Translations under genes and position numbers: made by a program
Shown here: positions 1 through 14,164 of the stretch, in pieces
Position numbering within the stretch: position 1 is the first letter of the stretch
How the letters are laid out: each line of letters opens with the position of its first letter
Assembly: GCA_963707215.1 (NCBI GenBank)
Contig: CAVPPB010000003.1
Span: forward strand, 1-64,000
Reading direction: 5' to 3'
DNA: 64,000 bases
Origin: an uncultured Chloroflexia bacterium
GTDB lineage: Bacteria; Chloroflexota; Limnocylindria; Limnocylindrales; CSP1-4
The notes under the pieces: generated by a model
Told to the model about the DNA's origin: nothing
Databases searched by the model: none
The model's input: the letters and a program-made list of their open reading frames with translations, nothing else

Positions 1-151
1 GGTCGCCCCCGCTGATGAGGCGGCCTCGATCGTCGACGAGGAAGAGACGGCGATTCCACGGGATCCCGTCCAGCGTCAGGTCGACGCCCTCAGGATGCTG
101 GAGGGCGCAGCCCTTGAGGGGCGTGACGGAGATCCGGGTCAGCTCGACCAT
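1..151 (-). CDS. MOSC-domain protein, N-terminal part (runs off window start)
   Basis: Manual translation from ATG at 151: MVELTRISVTPLKGCALQHPEGVDLTLDGIPWNRRLFLVDDRG, resembling the MOSC N-terminal beta-barrel pattern (..P(V/L)K..G....L...G...(D/N)R...L.D..G); not in ORF track. Confidence 0.65.
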   Translation of the reverse strand, partial: MVELTRISVTPLKGCALQHPEGVDLTLDGIPWNRRLFLVDDRGRLISGGD

Positions 152-242
152 CGCCGCCGACGATACGCCACCCGGACCGGCCGATGCGACAGGTTCGCCC
201 AGCGGCGGCGAGGAGCGTCCGGGTGCGCGGCAGGGAAGGCCC

Positions 243-251
243 TGATACACT
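243..251 (+). promoter_or_regulatory. extended -10 promoter (TGnTACACT) of rpsB-tsf operon
   Basis: TGATACACT about 160 nt upstream of rpsB start. Confidence 0.6.
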
Positions 252-305
252 CCGCCGGGCCGCGAGGGCGCGGCCTCGATCACGCCCGGCCATCCGGCCG
301 GAGCC

Positions 306-387
306 CACACGCGGACCTGTCCGTCCGGGGCGGTGCCGACCTTGCGACGACGAGTCGCGGGGCGGTCCTCGACGCAGGGGTCCGCGG
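306..387 (+). promoter_or_regulatory. putative rpsB (S2) autoregulatory leader
   Basis: CACACGCGGACC...GGTCCGCGG closing stem with internal GGGGCGGTGCC, directly upstream of the rpsB SD; resembles known S2 leaders. Confidence 0.5.
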
Positions 388-413
388 CGGAAGAACCGAA
401 CAGGAGGTCCGAC

Positions 414-1436
414 GTGCCGTCCGTATCGATGCGGCAGCTGCTGGAGGCCGGGGTCCACTTCGGCCACCAGACCCGGCGCTGGAACCCGAAGATGCGCCCG
501 TACATCTTCGCCGAGCGCAATGGGATCCACATCATCGACCTGGCCCAGACGGTCCAGCGTCTCGACACGGCCCTCGATTTCGTCCGCGAGACGGTCGCCA
601 ACGGCGAGACCGTCCTCTTCGTAGGCACCAAGAAGCAGGCCCAGGAACCGGTCGCCGAGGAGGCCACCCGGGCCGGGATGCCCTACGTCACCAAGCGCTG
701 GCTCGGTGGCATGCTGACCAACTTCGTCACGATCAAGAAGCGGATCGGCCTGCTCGACCAGCTCGAGGCCCGCCAGCAGTCCGGCGAGTTCGAGCGCCTC
801 CCGAAGAAGGAGGCGGCGAAGCTCCAGGATGAGCTTGACCGCCTCAACGCGATGCTGGGCGGGATCCGCCGGATGAAGCGGGTCCCCGGGGCAGTCTTCG
901 TCATCGATCCGCACCGCGAGCGGATCGCCGTGACCGAGGCCAACAAGCTCGAGGTCCCGGTCGTCGGGACCGGGGACACGAACGTCGACCCCGATGAGCT
1001 CGACTACATCATCCCGGCCAACGACGATGCCATCCGGGCGATCCGCCTTCTGGCCTCGCTCGTCGCCGACGCCTGCATCGAGGGCGCTCAGGAGCGCGGC
1101 GCCCGGGCCGCCGTCGAGCCCGAGCCCGAGGTGGAGATCAACGTCGCCGAGCCCGACGTGGAGATCGGCGCCTCCGACGAGCTGGTCGCCGCCCTGGCCG
1201 GTGGTGGCGCTCTGACATTCGAGCCGGATGAGGACGATGAGCTCCTCCCCGGCGCCCGGATCCCGGACGCTGCCGAGGATGCCTCCAGCGCCGACGCCGC
1301 CACGGCTGCCGGAGCCACTGACGCCACCACGGCCTCTGGAGGCGCCGAAGGCGAGGAGGCGACCGAGACCCCGGAGCCTGCCGCGCCGTCCGAACCGGCG
1401 GAGCCCGCCGGGGCCGAGGACGCCCCGACCGCCTGA
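414..1436 (+). CDS. rpsB: 30S ribosomal protein S2 with long acidic C-terminal tail
   Basis: [40 protein letters not shown]; AGGAGG SD before GTG 414. Confidence 0.98.
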   Translation: MPSVSMRQLLEAGVHFGHQTRRWNPKMRPYIFAERNGIHIIDLAQTVQRLDTALDFVRETVANGETVLFVGTKKQAQEPVAEEATRAGMPYVTKRWLGGMLTNFVTIKKRIGLLDQLEARQQSGEFERLPKKEAAKLQDELDRLNAMLGGIRRMKRVPGAVFVIDPHRERIAVTEANKLEVPVVGTGDTNVDPDELDYIIPANDDAIRAIRLLASLVADACIEGAQERGARAAVEPEPEVEINVAEPDVEIGASDELVAALAGGGALTFEPDEDDELLPGARIPDAAEDASSADAATAAGATDATTASGGAEGEEATETPEPAAPSEPAEPAGAEDAPTA

Positions 1437-1485
1437 TCCCGCAGATCCCCGCGGGCCCGATGCCCGCACGACCCAGGAGTACGAC

Positions 1486-2085
1486 ATGGCGACCATCACT
1501 GCCGACGCGGTCAAGATGCTTCGCGAGCGCACCGGCGCAGGCTTCATGGACTGCAAGCGCGCTCTCGAGGAGGCCGACGGCGACGTCGACGCGGCGGTGG
1601 CCCTGCTTCGCGAGCGCGGTCTCGCGGCAGCCGCCAAGAAGGCCGGTCGCGATGCCCGGGAGGGGCTCGTCGGCAGCTACATCCACACCGGCGGCAAGGT
1701 CGGCGTGCTGATCGAGGTCAGCTGCGAGACGGACTTCGTCGCCCGGACCGACGAGTTCCAGCGCCTCGTCCGGGATCTGGCCATCCAGGTCGCCGGCCTG
1801 GCACCGCTGTACGTGTCGGTCGAAGGCATCCCGGAGGCTGATCTCCAGGCGAAGCGGGGGCAGCTCCGTGAGGATCCCGCGGTCTCCTCGAAGCCGGCCG
1901 ACATCCAGGAGAAGATCCTCGACGGACAGCTCAAGAAGTGGTTCAGGGAGACCGTCCTTCTCGAGCAGCCGTTCCGGGACGAGGAGCGGACCGTCGGCGA
2001 GCTCATCACCGACCGGATCGCCACCATCGGCGAGAACATCGTCGTCCGCCGGTTCACCCGCTACGCGCTAGGCGAGGAGCTGTGA
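1486..2085 (+). CDS. tsf: elongation factor Ts (short form, 199 aa)
   Basis: [39 protein letters not shown]. Confidence 0.97.
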   Translation: MATITADAVKMLRERTGAGFMDCKRALEEADGDVDAAVALLRERGLAAAAKKAGRDAREGLVGSYIHTGGKVGVLIEVSCETDFVARTDEFQRLVRDLAIQVAGLAPLYVSVEGIPEADLQAKRGQLREDPAVSSKPADIQEKILDGQLKKWFRETVLLEQPFRDEERTVGELITDRIATIGENIVVRRFTRYALGEEL

Positions 2086-2870
2086 GCGAAGCCGTCGCCA
2101 GACCCCAGCCGCCCTCCACCGAGCCGTCGGCCCACAGTCCGCGGTATCGGCGGATCCTCCTCAAGCTGTCCGGGGAGGCGTTGCTGGGCGACCGCCAATA
2201 CGGGGTCGACCCTGAGTTCTGCGCCTTCATCGCCCGCCAGGTCGCCGAGGTCAGCCGGCTCGGGACGGAGGTCGGGATCGTCGTCGGCGGCGGCAACATC
2301 TTCCGGGGTCTGGCCGCAGCCGCCCGGGGGATGGACCGGGCCACCGGCGACTACATCGGCATGCTCGCGACGGTGATGAACGGCCTCGCTCTCCAGGACG
2401 CCCTCGAGCGCGTCGGCGTGCCGACGCGGGTGATGACCGCGATCGCCATGAACGAAGTGGCCGAGCCCTACATCCGTCGCCGGGCGATCCGCCACCTCGA
2501 GCGTGGGCTAGTGACCATCTTCGTCGCCGGGACGGGTAACCCGTACTTCACGACCGACACCGCGGCGGCCCTTCGGGCGGTGGAGATCGGCGCCGAGGTC
2601 CTCCTGAAGGCGACCAAGGTCGACGGCGTCTACGATGCCGATCCGGTGACGAACCCGGGGGCTCGGCGGTACGCTGAGCTGGGCTACGGGGACCTCCTGC
2701 GCGATCAACTCAAGGTCCTCGATGCCGCCGCGGTGTCGCTGTGCATGGAGAACGACCTGCCGATCGTGGTCTTCGACCTCAACCAGCCTGACAACATCAC
2801 TCGGGTCGCCCTCGGTGAGCCGGTCGGGACCTGGATCGCCGCGGAGCCAAGGGGAGATGAACGCCGATGA
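2082..2870 (+). CDS. pyrH: UMP kinase
   Basis: [29 protein letters not shown]; GTGA overlap with tsf stop. Confidence 0.97.
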   Translation: MSEAVARPQPPSTEPSAHSPRYRRILLKLSGEALLGDRQYGVDPEFCAFIARQVAEVSRLGTEVGIVVGGGNIFRGLAAAARGMDRATGDYIGMLATVMNGLALQDALERVGVPTRVMTAIAMNEVAEPYIRRRAIRHLERGLVTIFVAGTGNPYFTTDTAAALRAVEIGAEVLLKATKVDGVYDADPVTNPGARRYAELGYGDLLRDQLKVLDAAAVSLCMENDLPIVVFDLNQPDNITRVALGEPVGTWIAAEPRGDERR

Positions 2871-3424
2871 GCAGCGAGGTCCTCAGCGCCGCCGAGCAGA
2901 AGATGAGGCGCGCGGTCGAAGCACTCGAGCGCGACCTCTCCGGAGTCCGGACGGGCCGGGCGTCGACCGCCCTGGTCGAGCGGATCACCGTCGAGTACTA
3001 CGGGACCCAGACGCCCCTGAACCAGCTGGCCGGCATCAGCGTTCCCGATCCCCACCAGATCGTCATCCAGCCGTGGGACCGCGGTGTCCTCGGCGCCATC
3101 GAGAAGGCCATCATCAAGAGCGACATCGGCCTCGTGCCGAACGTGGACGGAACCGTCGTGCGACTCAACATCCCGCCGCTCACCGAGGAGCGCCGGAAGG
3201 ATCTGGTCCGGCTCGTCCACAAGCGGATGGAGGAGGCCCGGGTCGAGGTCCGGAACCTCCGTCGCGAGGCGGTGGACGACCTCAAGAAGGAGGAGCGCGA
3301 CGGGGACATGGGTGCCGATGAGGCGCATCGTGAGCTCGACGCGGTCCAGCGGCTGACCGACCAGTACATCGCCGAGGTCGACCGGGTCGGCGATGCCAAG
3401 GAACAGGAGGTCCTCGAGGTCTAG
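2867..3424 (+). CDS. frr: ribosome recycling factor
   Basis: [25 protein letters not shown]. Confidence 0.97.
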   Translation: MSSEVLSAAEQKMRRAVEALERDLSGVRTGRASTALVERITVEYYGTQTPLNQLAGISVPDPHQIVIQPWDRGVLGAIEKAIIKSDIGLVPNVDGTVVRLNIPPLTEERRKDLVRLVHKRMEEARVEVRNLRREAVDDLKKEERDGDMGADEAHRELDAVQRLTDQYIAEVDRVGDAKEQEVLEV

Positions 3425-4212
3425 TGGCGCGAGTCCCACTGGCCAGACCCACCGACGCCCCGCCGTCGGCACACCAGGGACCGTCGCCGGAGCCCCTCGA
3501 CGGGGGCGAGGCGCTCGCCCTGGCGCCCGGCGAGCTACCGCGGCATGTCGCGATCATCATGGACGGCAACCGCCGCTGGGCGCGCGCTCGAGGGGTCCCC
3601 GAGCTCGAGGGCCACGCCGCTGGCGTGGCGGCTATCCGGGTGGTCCTCCGTCACGCGGTCAGACGTGGGATCGCGGTGCTCACCCTTTACGCCTTCAGCC
3701 GCGAGAACTGGGCCCGTTCCGACGACGAGGTCGTCGGGTTGTTCGCGCTGCTGGAGCAGGCGATCCGTGATGAGACCGCCGAGCTTCGCGAGCAGGGTGT
3801 CCAGGTCCGGCTCCTGGGTCGTCTCGAGGAGCTCCCTGCCGACACCCGACGGTCGATCGAAAGCGCCCTCGATGCCACCAGCGGTGGCGGTCGCCTGACC
3901 CTCAACATCGCCTTCAACTACGCTGGTCGCACGGAGCTGGTCGATGCCATCCGTCGGATCATCGCGAGTGGTACCCCCCCGGAGTCGATCGACGAGAGCA
4001 CGATCGCCGACGCCCTGTACACGCGCGGGCTGCCCGATCCGGACCTGGTGATCCGGACCGGAGGAGAGCAGCGGCTGAGCAACTTCCTGATCTGGCAGTC
4101 GGCCTATGCCGAGCTCTACACCTGCCCGGCCCTCTGGCCCGACTTCGGACCGGAGGCGTTCGACGCTGCGCTCCTCGAATTCGCGCAGCGGACCCGCCGG
4201 TTCGGCCGCTAG
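3424..4212 (+). CDS. uppS: polyprenyl/undecaprenyl diphosphate synthase
   Basis: HVAIIMDGNRRWA, YAFSRENW, IRTGGEQRLSNFLIWQ. Confidence 0.96.
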   Translation: MARVPLARPTDAPPSAHQGPSPEPLDGGEALALAPGELPRHVAIIMDGNRRWARARGVPELEGHAAGVAAIRVVLRHAVRRGIAVLTLYAFSRENWARSDDEVVGLFALLEQAIRDETAELREQGVQVRLLGRLEELPADTRRSIESALDATSGGGRLTLNIAFNYAGRTELVDAIRRIIASGTPPESIDESTIADALYTRGLPDPDLVIRTGGEQRLSNFLIWQSAYAELYTCPALWPDFGPEAFDAALLEFAQRTRRFGR

Positions 4213-4213
4213 G

Positions 4214-5068
4214 GTGGAGGTCCTCCGCCGGCGAGCGCTCGGCGCCCTCGTCGTCGTCCCCCCGCTCGTCGTAGCGATCCTGCTCGGGGAACCCTGGATC
4301 GCCGTCCTTGTCACGGTCGTCGTGGGCGTCGCCGCTCTCGAGGTCCTTCGGCTCTTTCGGGGTGCCGGCTACCCGACCCAGCTCGCCCTGGGGATCGCCC
4401 TGGCGGTGGTCGTCAGCCTCTCCATCGGCATCGCCTTCCGGGCCGACGTGGATCCGGCCCTGGCCGGCGCTGGCGTCCTGCTGGGTGCGATCGGGGTCAT
4501 CCTCGCCGCGGTCGGTTCTTTCGCACGTCCCGACCCGAGGGATGGTTTGGCAGCCTGGATGACGACCGTGTTCGGGGCGCTCTACGTTTCCCAGCTCGGC
4601 TTCGTCGTTCGCCTGGGCCAGGTCGCGCCGCCGATCGGGGCGGATGCCCCACTGGACATGCTGAGCGCGTCGCAAGCTTGGGTCATCATCCTCGTCCTGG
4701 GCGTCTGGTCGTACGACACCGGTGCCTACCTTGTGGGCAGTCGCGTGGGCGGCCCGAAGTTCCTGACCCACATCTCGCCCTCGAAGACGTATGCCGGCCT
4801 GGTCGGCGGGTTCGTCGCTGCCACCGTGATCGTCGCCCTGGGTCTATGGGCCGTGGGCGCACCGGTCGTACATGCCGTCTTCCTCGGACCGCTGCTGGCG
4901 CTGGCTGCCCAGGCCGGGGACCTGGCAGAGTCGGTCATCAAGCGGGCGGCCGGAGCCAAGGACTCATCGAACCTGATCCCCGGCCACGGTGGCATCCTCG
5001 ACCGGATCGACTCCTTCCTCTTCGCGGCGCCCGTCGTGACCCTGTATGTCCTGGCCTTCCTCGGCTGA
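4214..5068 (+). CDS. cdsA: phosphatidate cytidylyltransferase
   Basis: Hydrophobic; SPSKT, GDLAESVIKR...KDS..LIPGHGGILDRIDS. Confidence 0.95.
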   Translation: MEVLRRRALGALVVVPPLVVAILLGEPWIAVLVTVVVGVAALEVLRLFRGAGYPTQLALGIALAVVVSLSIGIAFRADVDPALAGAGVLLGAIGVILAAVGSFARPDPRDGLAAWMTTVFGALYVSQLGFVVRLGQVAPPIGADAPLDMLSASQAWVIILVLGVWSYDTGAYLVGSRVGGPKFLTHISPSKTYAGLVGGFVAATVIVALGLWAVGAPVVHAVFLGPLLALAAQAGDLAESVIKRAAGAKDSSNLIPGHGGILDRIDSFLFAAPVVTLYVLAFLG

Positions 5069-6278
5069 GGCCCGCGCCGGTGGCCCGCTCGGGGTGGCGC
5101 TGCTGGGTTCGACGGGCTCGATCGGCCGGCAGGCGGTCGACATCCTCGAGTTGCATCCCGGCCGCTTCCGGGTGGTCGCCCTGGCGGCCGGGCGGAACGC
5201 GCGGCTGCTCGGCGAGCAGGCCCGGTCGCTCCGGCCACGGGTCGTCGCGGTGGGGCCCGGATCCGCCGCCCCGGAGGTTCCTGACGGGGTGATCGTCCGC
5301 GATGATGACGCCGCGCTGACGGAGCTGGCGGTCCGGGACGACGTCGACCTCGTCGTCGTCGGGACCGGTGGGATCGTGAGCCTCCGACCGGTCCTCGCGG
5401 CGCTCGGCGCCGAGAAGGTCGTCGCGACCGCCAACAAGGAGACGCTCGTCGCCGGTGGCCACCTGGTCATGGCGGCGGCTCGTCGGCTCGCGGGTGCGAT
5501 CGCGTCCGAGCGTCCATGGGATCCGCTCGGCAACGCGCTCGGCTGGCTTCGCCCGATCGACTCGGAGCACTCGGCCATCTGGCAGTGCCTCGTCGGCGAA
5601 GGGATGGCAGGGATCGAGCGCCTCGTCCTGACTGCCTCCGGCGGGCCGTTCCGCGACCTGTCGGAGAGCGAGCTGGCCCGCGCGACACCCGAGCAGGCGC
5701 TCCGCCACCCCACCTGGACCATGGGCGCCAAGATCACGGTCGACTCGGCGACCCTCGTCAACAAGGGTCTCGAGGTGATCGAGGCCCACTGGCTGTACGA
5801 TCGGCCCTACGACCACATCGATGTCGTCATCCATCCCCAGAGCCTGGTCCATTCGGCCGTCCGGTTCGTGGACGGCTCGCTGAAGGCCCAGCTCGGAACG
5901 CCGGACATGCATCTTCCGATCCAGTTCGCCATGACCTACCCCGAGCGGCTGCCGTCGCCGGCTGCCCCGCCGGACCTGCTGACGGCCGGCCCTCTCGAAT
6001 TCCTGGCTCCCGACGAGACCCGCTTCCCGGCCCTCCGCATCGCCCGGGAGGCTGGTGGGCTCGGGTCCCGGGCGACGACCGCGCTCATCGCGGCCGACGA
6101 GGTGGCGGTCGGACGGTTCCTTGCCGGCTCGCTGGACTTCCCGGGCATCGCCCGACTCCTCGAAACGGCCGTCGGGCGGTTCGGCTCCGGCACCGATCAG
6201 GCGCCGGACCTCGCTGCCGTCGAGGAGCTCGACGCCGAGGTCAGGGCGGCCCTGGCGACCGAGTCCGGGACCGCCTGA
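5046..6278 (+). CDS. dxr: 1-deoxy-D-xylulose-5-phosphate reductoisomerase
   Basis: [37 protein letters not shown]. Confidence 0.96.
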   Translation: MSWPSSAEARAGGPLGVALLGSTGSIGRQAVDILELHPGRFRVVALAAGRNARLLGEQARSLRPRVVAVGPGSAAPEVPDGVIVRDDDAALTELAVRDDVDLVVVGTGGIVSLRPVLAALGAEKVVATANKETLVAGGHLVMAAARRLAGAIASERPWDPLGNALGWLRPIDSEHSAIWQCLVGEGMAGIERLVLTASGGPFRDLSESELARATPEQALRHPTWTMGAKITVDSATLVNKGLEVIEAHWLYDRPYDHIDVVIHPQSLVHSAVRFVDGSLKAQLGTPDMHLPIQFAMTYPERLPSPAAPPDLLTAGPLEFLAPDETRFPALRIAREAGGLGSRATTALIAADEVAVGRFLAGSLDFPGIARLLETAVGRFGSGTDQAPDLAAVEELDAEVRAALATESGTA

Positions 6279-7381
6279 TGGACATCGTCGCGATCCTCCA
6301 GGGTGTCGTCGGGATCGGCCTGTTCATCCTGATCCTGGGGCTCCTGGTGCTCGTCCACGAGATCGGTCACTTCTTCATGGCCCGTCGAGCCGGCGTCCGG
6401 GTCCACGAGTTCGGGATCGGGTTCCCGCCCAGGGCGAAGGTCCTCCGTTCCGACGGCGAGACCCTGTACACCCTGAACTGGCTGCCGATCGGCGGCTTCG
6501 TCAAGCTGGAGGGCGAGGACGGCGACTCGGACGACCCGCGCTCGTTCACCCGGGCACCCTTCCTGACGAAGCAGGTGATCCTGATCGCCGGTGTCGTCAT
6601 GAACCTGCTCCTTGCCCTCGTCCTGATGATCGGTGTCGCCTGGATCCCCCAGCGGGTCCTGGCGCTGGGCTTCGAGACCGTCCAACCGGAGTCGCCGGCC
6701 GCAGAGGCGGGCCTCGTCGGCGGGAGCCAGCTCATCGCCATCGACGGTCGCTACTACGACGCCTTCGACACGCCCCAGGCCATGGTCGACGACCTTCGGG
6801 CGAGCGCGGGCGAGCCGGTCGACCTGGTCGTCATCACTCCGACGGGCAGCCGCCAGGAGGTCGCCGTCACCCTCCGGGAGCCCGAGGAGCTCGGGCCCGA
6901 CAAGGGTGCCCTCGGCATCGTCACCCTCGAGGCGAGCCTTCTCGACGAGACGTTCACCCGTTCGCCGGTGGACGCCTTGGCCACGGGGGCCGAGCGGACC
7001 ATGGCCGCCTTCGGCCTCATCCTCGACGGCCTTGGTCAACTGGTCACCTCGATCGCCACGCGGCCGACCGAGCCTCCGCCGGTGACCGGCCCCGTCGGTA
7101 TCGCCGTGTCGATCTCCGACGTCTTCTGGCAGGCAGGGATCGTGGCCACCATCTACCTGGCCGGCCTGCTCTCGGCCAACCTCGCGCTGGTCAACTTCCT
7201 GCCCTTCCCGCCGCTCGATGGCGGACGGATGTTGATGCTGGCCGTCAAGCGGGCCGCCGGCACCCGGGTCAGCGTCCGGGCCGAGCAGCTGACCTACGTG
7301 GTCGGCTTCATGTTCCTCTTCGGCTTCCTCATCTGGATCACGGTCTTCGACGTAGCCCGCCTGGGGGGCGCCGTCCAGTGA
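6278..7381 (+). CDS. rseP: M50 site-2 protease with PDZ-like domain
   Basis: [24 protein letters not shown]. Confidence 0.93.
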   Translation: MDIVAILQGVVGIGLFILILGLLVLVHEIGHFFMARRAGVRVHEFGIGFPPRAKVLRSDGETLYTLNWLPIGGFVKLEGEDGDSDDPRSFTRAPFLTKQVILIAGVVMNLLLALVLMIGVAWIPQRVLALGFETVQPESPAAEAGLVGGSQLIAIDGRYYDAFDTPQAMVDDLRASAGEPVDLVVITPTGSRQEVAVTLREPEELGPDKGALGIVTLEASLLDETFTRSPVDALATGAERTMAAFGLILDGLGQLVTSIATRPTEPPPVTGPVGIAVSISDVFWQAGIVATIYLAGLLSANLALVNFLPFPPLDGGRMLMLAVKRAAGTRVSVRAEQLTYVVGFMFLFGFLIWITVFDVARLGGAVQ

Positions 7382-8633
7382 CCGACCCGGCGGCCTTGCG
7401 GCCGCGCCGGCGGCCGACCGCTTCGGTCGATGTGGGTGGGGTCCTGGTGGGGTCGGCCCACCCGGTGGTCGTCCAGTCCATGACGAACACGGACACCGCC
7501 GACCCGGATGCCACCGCGCTCCAGGTCGCCCGGCTGGCCCACGCCGGATCGCAACTCGTCAGGGTGACGGTCAACACTGACGCCGCTGCCGCGGCCGTCC
7601 CGGAGATGATGCGCAAGCTCCAGGACCTCGGCGTCGAGGTCCCGGTCGTGGGCGACTTCCACTACAACGGCCACAAGCTCCTGGTCGACCATCCGGAGAC
7701 CGCCCGGCTGCTTGCCAAGTACCGGATCAACCCGGGCAACGTCGGGACGAAGCATCGGGACCTCAACTTCCAGACGATCGTGCGGGTCGCTGTCGATAAC
7801 GACAAGCCGGTCCGGATCGGCGTCAACTGGGGCTCTCTGGACCAGCAGCTGCTGACCGAGCTCATGGACGTCAATGCGCGGTCCACCGACCCCGCCGACA
7901 GCCGGGACGTGATGATCGAGGCGATGATCCAGTCGGCCCTGCGATCGGCTGAGCTGGCCGAGGGGACCGGGATGCGTCACGACCGGATCATCCTCTCGGC
8001 GAAGGTCTCCGGCGTCCGGGACCTCGTCGATGTGTACCGCCGGCTGGCGGCCCGATGTGACTACCCGCTCCACCTCGGTCTCACCGAGGCAGGCATGGGC
8101 ATGAAGGGGATCGTGGCCTCGACGGCCGGCCTCTCGATCCTCCTGAACGAAGGGATCGGGGACACGATCCGGGTCTCGCTGACCCCCGAGCCCGACGGCG
8201 ACCGCGCTCTTGAGGTCGAGGTCGCCCAGCAGGTCCTCCAGTCGATGGGCCTCCGGTCGTTCCTTCCCCAGGTCACGGCGTGCCCCGGCTGCGGCCGGAC
8301 GACATCGACGTTCTTCCAGGAGATGGCCCGGGACATCCAGCAGCACCTTCGGACCGGATGCCGGAGTGGCGAGAGCAGCATCCCGGCGTCGAGGACCTCA
8401 AGGTCGCGGTGATGGGCTGCGTCGTCAACGGGCCGGGCGAGAGCAAGCACGCGGACATCGGCATCAGCCTGCCCGGCACCTTCGAGGAGCCGGTAGCCCC
8501 GGTCTTCGTCGACGGTCGGCTGGATCGGACCCTCCGCGGGGACGGGCTGGTCGACGAGTTCATCGCCATCCTGGAGGCCTACGTGGCGAAGCGGTACCCG
8601 GCCAGCGACCCGACCCCGACGGCGACGGCCTAG
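7378..8633 (+). CDS. ispG: HMBPP synthase IspG (one frameshift near 8351, likely sequencing error)
   Basis: [33 protein letters not shown]; continues in another frame as [12 protein letters not shown]. Confidence 0.93.
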
Positions 8634-8729
8634 GACCGCGGTCCCCATCCGCCGGGCTTCGGCCCGGGCCGCGCGCGGCGCGCTCGCCCTGCTCCGGCTG
8701 GCTCGATGGCGTGGGCGGGACGTGCGGTG

Positions 8730-8735
8730 TATACT
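8730..8735 (+). promoter_or_regulatory. -10 box of nusA operon
   Basis: TATACT about 90 nt upstream of nusA. Confidence 0.55.
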
Positions 8736-8761
8736 CCGCCGACATCCGATGGCCGCCTCCG

Positions 8762-8787
8762 AACGTGGGTGACCCCCACGTTTCTTC
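8762..8787 (+). terminator. attenuator-like hairpin in nusA leader (rimP-leader-like)
   Basis: AACGTGGG-TGACC-CCCACGTT followed by TCTTC, between promoter and nusA SD. Confidence 0.55.
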
Positions 8788-8827
8788 ATGTCAGGCCGAT
8801 CGGTCGATGAGCACGAGGAGGAGCAAC

Positions 8828-10205
8828 GTGAGTCGGGATTTCGTCGGCGCCCTCCTGCAGCTCAACGCCGAGAAGCAGGTCCCCCGCGAGCAGCTGATCC
8901 GGACCGTCGAGGAGGCCATCCAGTCCGCGTACCGTCGCGTCGACGGCGACGAGGACATCCACGTCCAGGATCGACGGCGAGACCGGCAAGATCCGGGTCT
9001 TCCGCGCCCGCACGTCGTCGTCGGAGGTCGAGGACGAACTGACCGAGTTCACCCTCGAGGAGGCGCGCACGCACGAGCCCGAAGGCCGAGCTCGGCGAGC
9101 TCGTCGAGTACGAGCAGCTCGACGCCGGAGGCATTCGGGCGGATCCACGCCCAGACCGCCAAGCAGGTCGTCCTCCAGCGACTGCGCGAGGCGGAGCGCG
9201 ACGTCGTGTTCGACCAGTTCGCCAGCCGCGAGGGCGATCTCATCACGGGCACCGTCAACCGGGTCGAGCCGCGGGCGATCATCCTCGACGTCGGCAAGGG
9301 CGTCGAGGCGATCCTGGCGACCAGCCGAGCAGTGCCCGCTCGAGCACTACCGGATCGGCCAGAACGTCAAGGCCTACGTGCTCGAGGTCCGGCGCGCGAC
9401 CCGCGGCCCACAGATCTACGTCAGCCGGACCCACAAGGGCTTCCTGCGTCGGCTGTTCGAGCTCGAGGTGCCCGAGATCCACGCCGGCACGGTCGAGATC
9501 AAGGCCATCGCCCGCGAAGCCCGGCAGCCGCTCGAAGGTCGCCGTCGCCTCCCGCCAGGAGGGGCTCGACCCGGTCGGGGCGACCGTCGGCCAGCGCGGC
9601 GCCCGCGTCCAGGCGGTCGTCGCGGAGCTGGGTGGCGAGAAGATCGACGTCATCCCCTGGAGTGACGACCCGGCGTGTTCGTCGCCAAGGCTCTCAGTCG
9701 CCGGCCCAGGTCCTGGCGTCGACATCGACGAGGAGAACCGCATCGCCAGCGTGACCGTGCCCGAGCGGATGCTCTCGCTGGCCATCGGCCGCGGAGGGCC
9801 AGAATGCCCGACTGGCCGCCCGGCTGACCGGCTGGCGCATCGACATCCGGAGCGACGCGCCGGTGGCCGAGGAGCCTGCGCCAGACGCCCGAGCCCGAGG
9901 CGGCCAGACGCCCGGCTCGAAGCGCCTGGCGCCCGAGCCCGAAGCGACCCCGCCGCAGCGCAGACGTCGAGCCCGCCGAGCTCGCCGAGGTGGAGGTCGC
10001 CGTCGGACAGCCACCGCGAGCCGCCGACGCCGAGCCGGTGACAGCAGCCCCAAGCACGACACGGCGAGCCGAGGCAAGGCCCCGGCGGCCGAGCCGGCGC
10101 CCGACGTCGCCACGTCGACGGCAGCGGTCGTGACCGCGCGGTGAAGCCGAAGCGAGCGCCGCCGCAAGCCGAAGGCGGCAGTCCGACGAGGAGGTGTCGT
10201 CGTAG
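8828..10205 (+). CDS. nusA: transcription factor NusA (multiple indels; end approximate)
   Basis: Fragments AFGRIHAQTAKQVVLQRLREAER, GPQIYVSRTHKGFLRRLFELEVPEI, LSLAIGR in shifting frames; GAGGAGG SD before GTG 8828. Confidence 0.9.
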
Positions 10206-10506
10206 CGGCGGCCGGCAGCGGCGCGCCGCCCGGGTGCGCCGGCCGCCCGTCGCGGACCTGCGTCGCCTGCCGGACCAGCGCGCCCCAAGCGGGAGCTGCT
10301 CCGGATCGTGCGGACTCGCGGACGGGCGCGTCGTCGCTCGATCCCGGCGGCCGGCAGCCGGTCGCGGCGCCTACCTGTGCGCCGAGCCGGCCTGCCGGCG
10401 GAACGCCCTCGCGCAAGGAGCGCTCGACCGAGCGCTCGCGGACCCAGCTCACCACCCGACCTCGAGGCCGAGCTGGCGGTGTCGACTACCCGACACCGAA
10501 GCATGA
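10193..10506 (+). CDS. ylxR: YlxR/RnpM family protein (indels; ends approximate)
   Basis: RTCVACR...KRELLRIVRT and GRGAYLC fragments between nusA and infB. Confidence 0.75.
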
Positions 10507-10521
10507 CCGAAGGAGGATCCC

Positions 10522-12438
<1,917 letters not shown>

Positions 12439-12494
12439 CCGGCCGCCGGCGGCGCGCCTACGCCAGCGTGCCCTGAGCGACGAGAAAGCCGACG

Positions 12495-13135
12495 ATGACC
12501 CAGCGCACGCACCGCGTCGACCAGCTCCTTCGCGAGGAGATCGGCGGCGATCCTGGCCCGCGAGATCGCCGATCCTCGGCATCGGTTTCGCGACGTCACC
12601 GACGTGGAGACCACGCCCGACCTGCGGCACGCGAAGGTCTGGGTCAGCGTCATCGGGCCGGACCCCGAGCGCGATGAGACGGTCAGCGCGCTCCAGCGTG
12701 CCATGGGCTACGTCCGGCGCGAGCTCGGGCATCGGCTGCGCCTCAAGCGGATCCCGGCCCTCCACGTGCGCCTGGACGACACGGCCGAGCGGAGCACGCG
12801 GGTCTGCGGCTCCTGGCGGAGATCGACTCCGGTCTCGAGGCCGAGGACCTGCCGTCGGGCGAGACGCTGCCCACGCCGGTGCCCCGGATCCGCCACGGCG
12901 ATGAGCGCGAGGACGCCGACGATAACCCGGCGACGACCGGTGACACCCCGGCGACGACCGATGACGCGTCGGCGACGACCGATGATGCGTCGGCGGCCGG
13001 CGAGCCTCGACCCGACGCTGGTCCGCCGCGCCCCGCAAGGGATCCCCGCGCGGCCGCCGCCCCGGCGGGTCGCCGGCCGGAGGCGGGACGCGGCGCTCGC
13101 GGTCCGGCCGTGGTCAGGGAAGGCATCGCCGGTGA
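12495..13135 (+). CDS. rbfA: ribosome-binding factor A with long C-terminal tail (indels)
   Basis: RVDQLLREEI, VETTPDLRHAKVWVS, RLRLKRIPAL; position after infB. Confidence 0.88.
12928..12995 (+). repeat. 3x 21-bp tandem repeat in rbfA tail
   Basis: CGGCGACGACCGGTGACACCC / CGGCGACGACCGATGACGCGT / CGGCGACGACCGATGATGCGT. Confidence 0.85.
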
Positions 13136-14162
13136 CTGTGGATCGCGTCAGTTCGCCGACACGGTGCCCGGCGCCGTCGTCGAGCGCCTCCTGGGTGCCC
13201 GGACCGTGCTGGCGGTCGGGCACGAGCACCCGGACGCCGACACGCTCGGGGCGACGCTGGCCGTCTGTCGGCTCGTCGAGGCACACGGTGGACGGCGACG
13301 GCCGTCTGCACCGATCCGGTGCCGTCGCTGTACGACTTCATGCCCGAGGCGAGCCCGTTTCCGGACGATCCCGACCCGGGATGGCCTACGACCTCCTCGT
13401 CGTCGTCGGACTGCGGCTCGCTCGAGCGGATCGGCCGGTGTCGGCGTCCGCCACGCCGAGCCTCCTCGGGTCGCTGCCGCGGGTCGTGCTCGATCATCAC
13501 GCCCGCAACGAACCGCTCGGGCGGCCGATTGGATCGACCCGGTGCGGCCGCGACCTGCGAGATGGTCGACGCTGCTGGCCGTCCGCCTCGGCGTCTCGTC
13601 GACCGATGGCGATGGCGCCCTGGCTACCGAGCTGATGGCCGGCGTCGTCATGGATACCGCGACGTTCGCGCACCCGAACGCGACGCCGAGGACGCTGGCG
13701 GTGTCGGCCGCGCTGTCGAGGCCGGGGCACCGCTGCTCGGACATCTCACGCCGTCTCTACCGCACGAAGCCCGATGCCCAGCTCCGCCTGTTCGGACGGG
13801 TGCTCGATCGGCTGCAGACGAGCGACGACGGCCGGTCGTCCACTCGTCGCTCCTCGAGGCCGACCTGTGGCCACCGGCACGGATGCCGCCCACTCGGAGG
13901 GGCATCATCGATCTGCTGGCGCCAGTCCGAGACGGCCGAGGTCGCGACTCCTGTTCAAGGAGCAGGGCACGGCACGACCCGGATCAGCGTCCGGACCCAG
14001 CCCGGCGGCGTCGACGCCACGGTGCTGACGGGGCGCTTCGGCGGCGGAGGCCACGCCCGGGCCGCCGGTGCGACGGTCGAGCTCCCGATCGACGAAGCGC
14101 GGCCGGTGGTGCTCGTCGAGGCAGCGCGGCTGGCGGCCGCGGTCGACCGCCGGTCCGCCTGA
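13132..14162 (+). CDS. nrnA: DHH/DHHA1 phosphoesterase (nanoRNase/pAp phosphatase; indels)
   Basis: HEHPDADTLG, LDHH, DTATF, FGGGGHARAAG; position rbfA-DHH-truB. Confidence 0.85.
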
Positions 14163-14164
14163 CG

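Noticed and set aside
8340-8360. Programmed frameshift in ispG
   Set aside because: No slippery sequence. It is the first of many indels in an error-rich zone.
12928-12995. CRISPR-like repeats
   Set aside because: Contiguous 21-bp coding tandem repeat with no spacers and no cas genes.
12879-14162. RbfA-DHH fusion suggested by the ORF track
   Set aside because: Artefact of indels. A GTGA stop/start overlap at 13132-13135 separates the genes.
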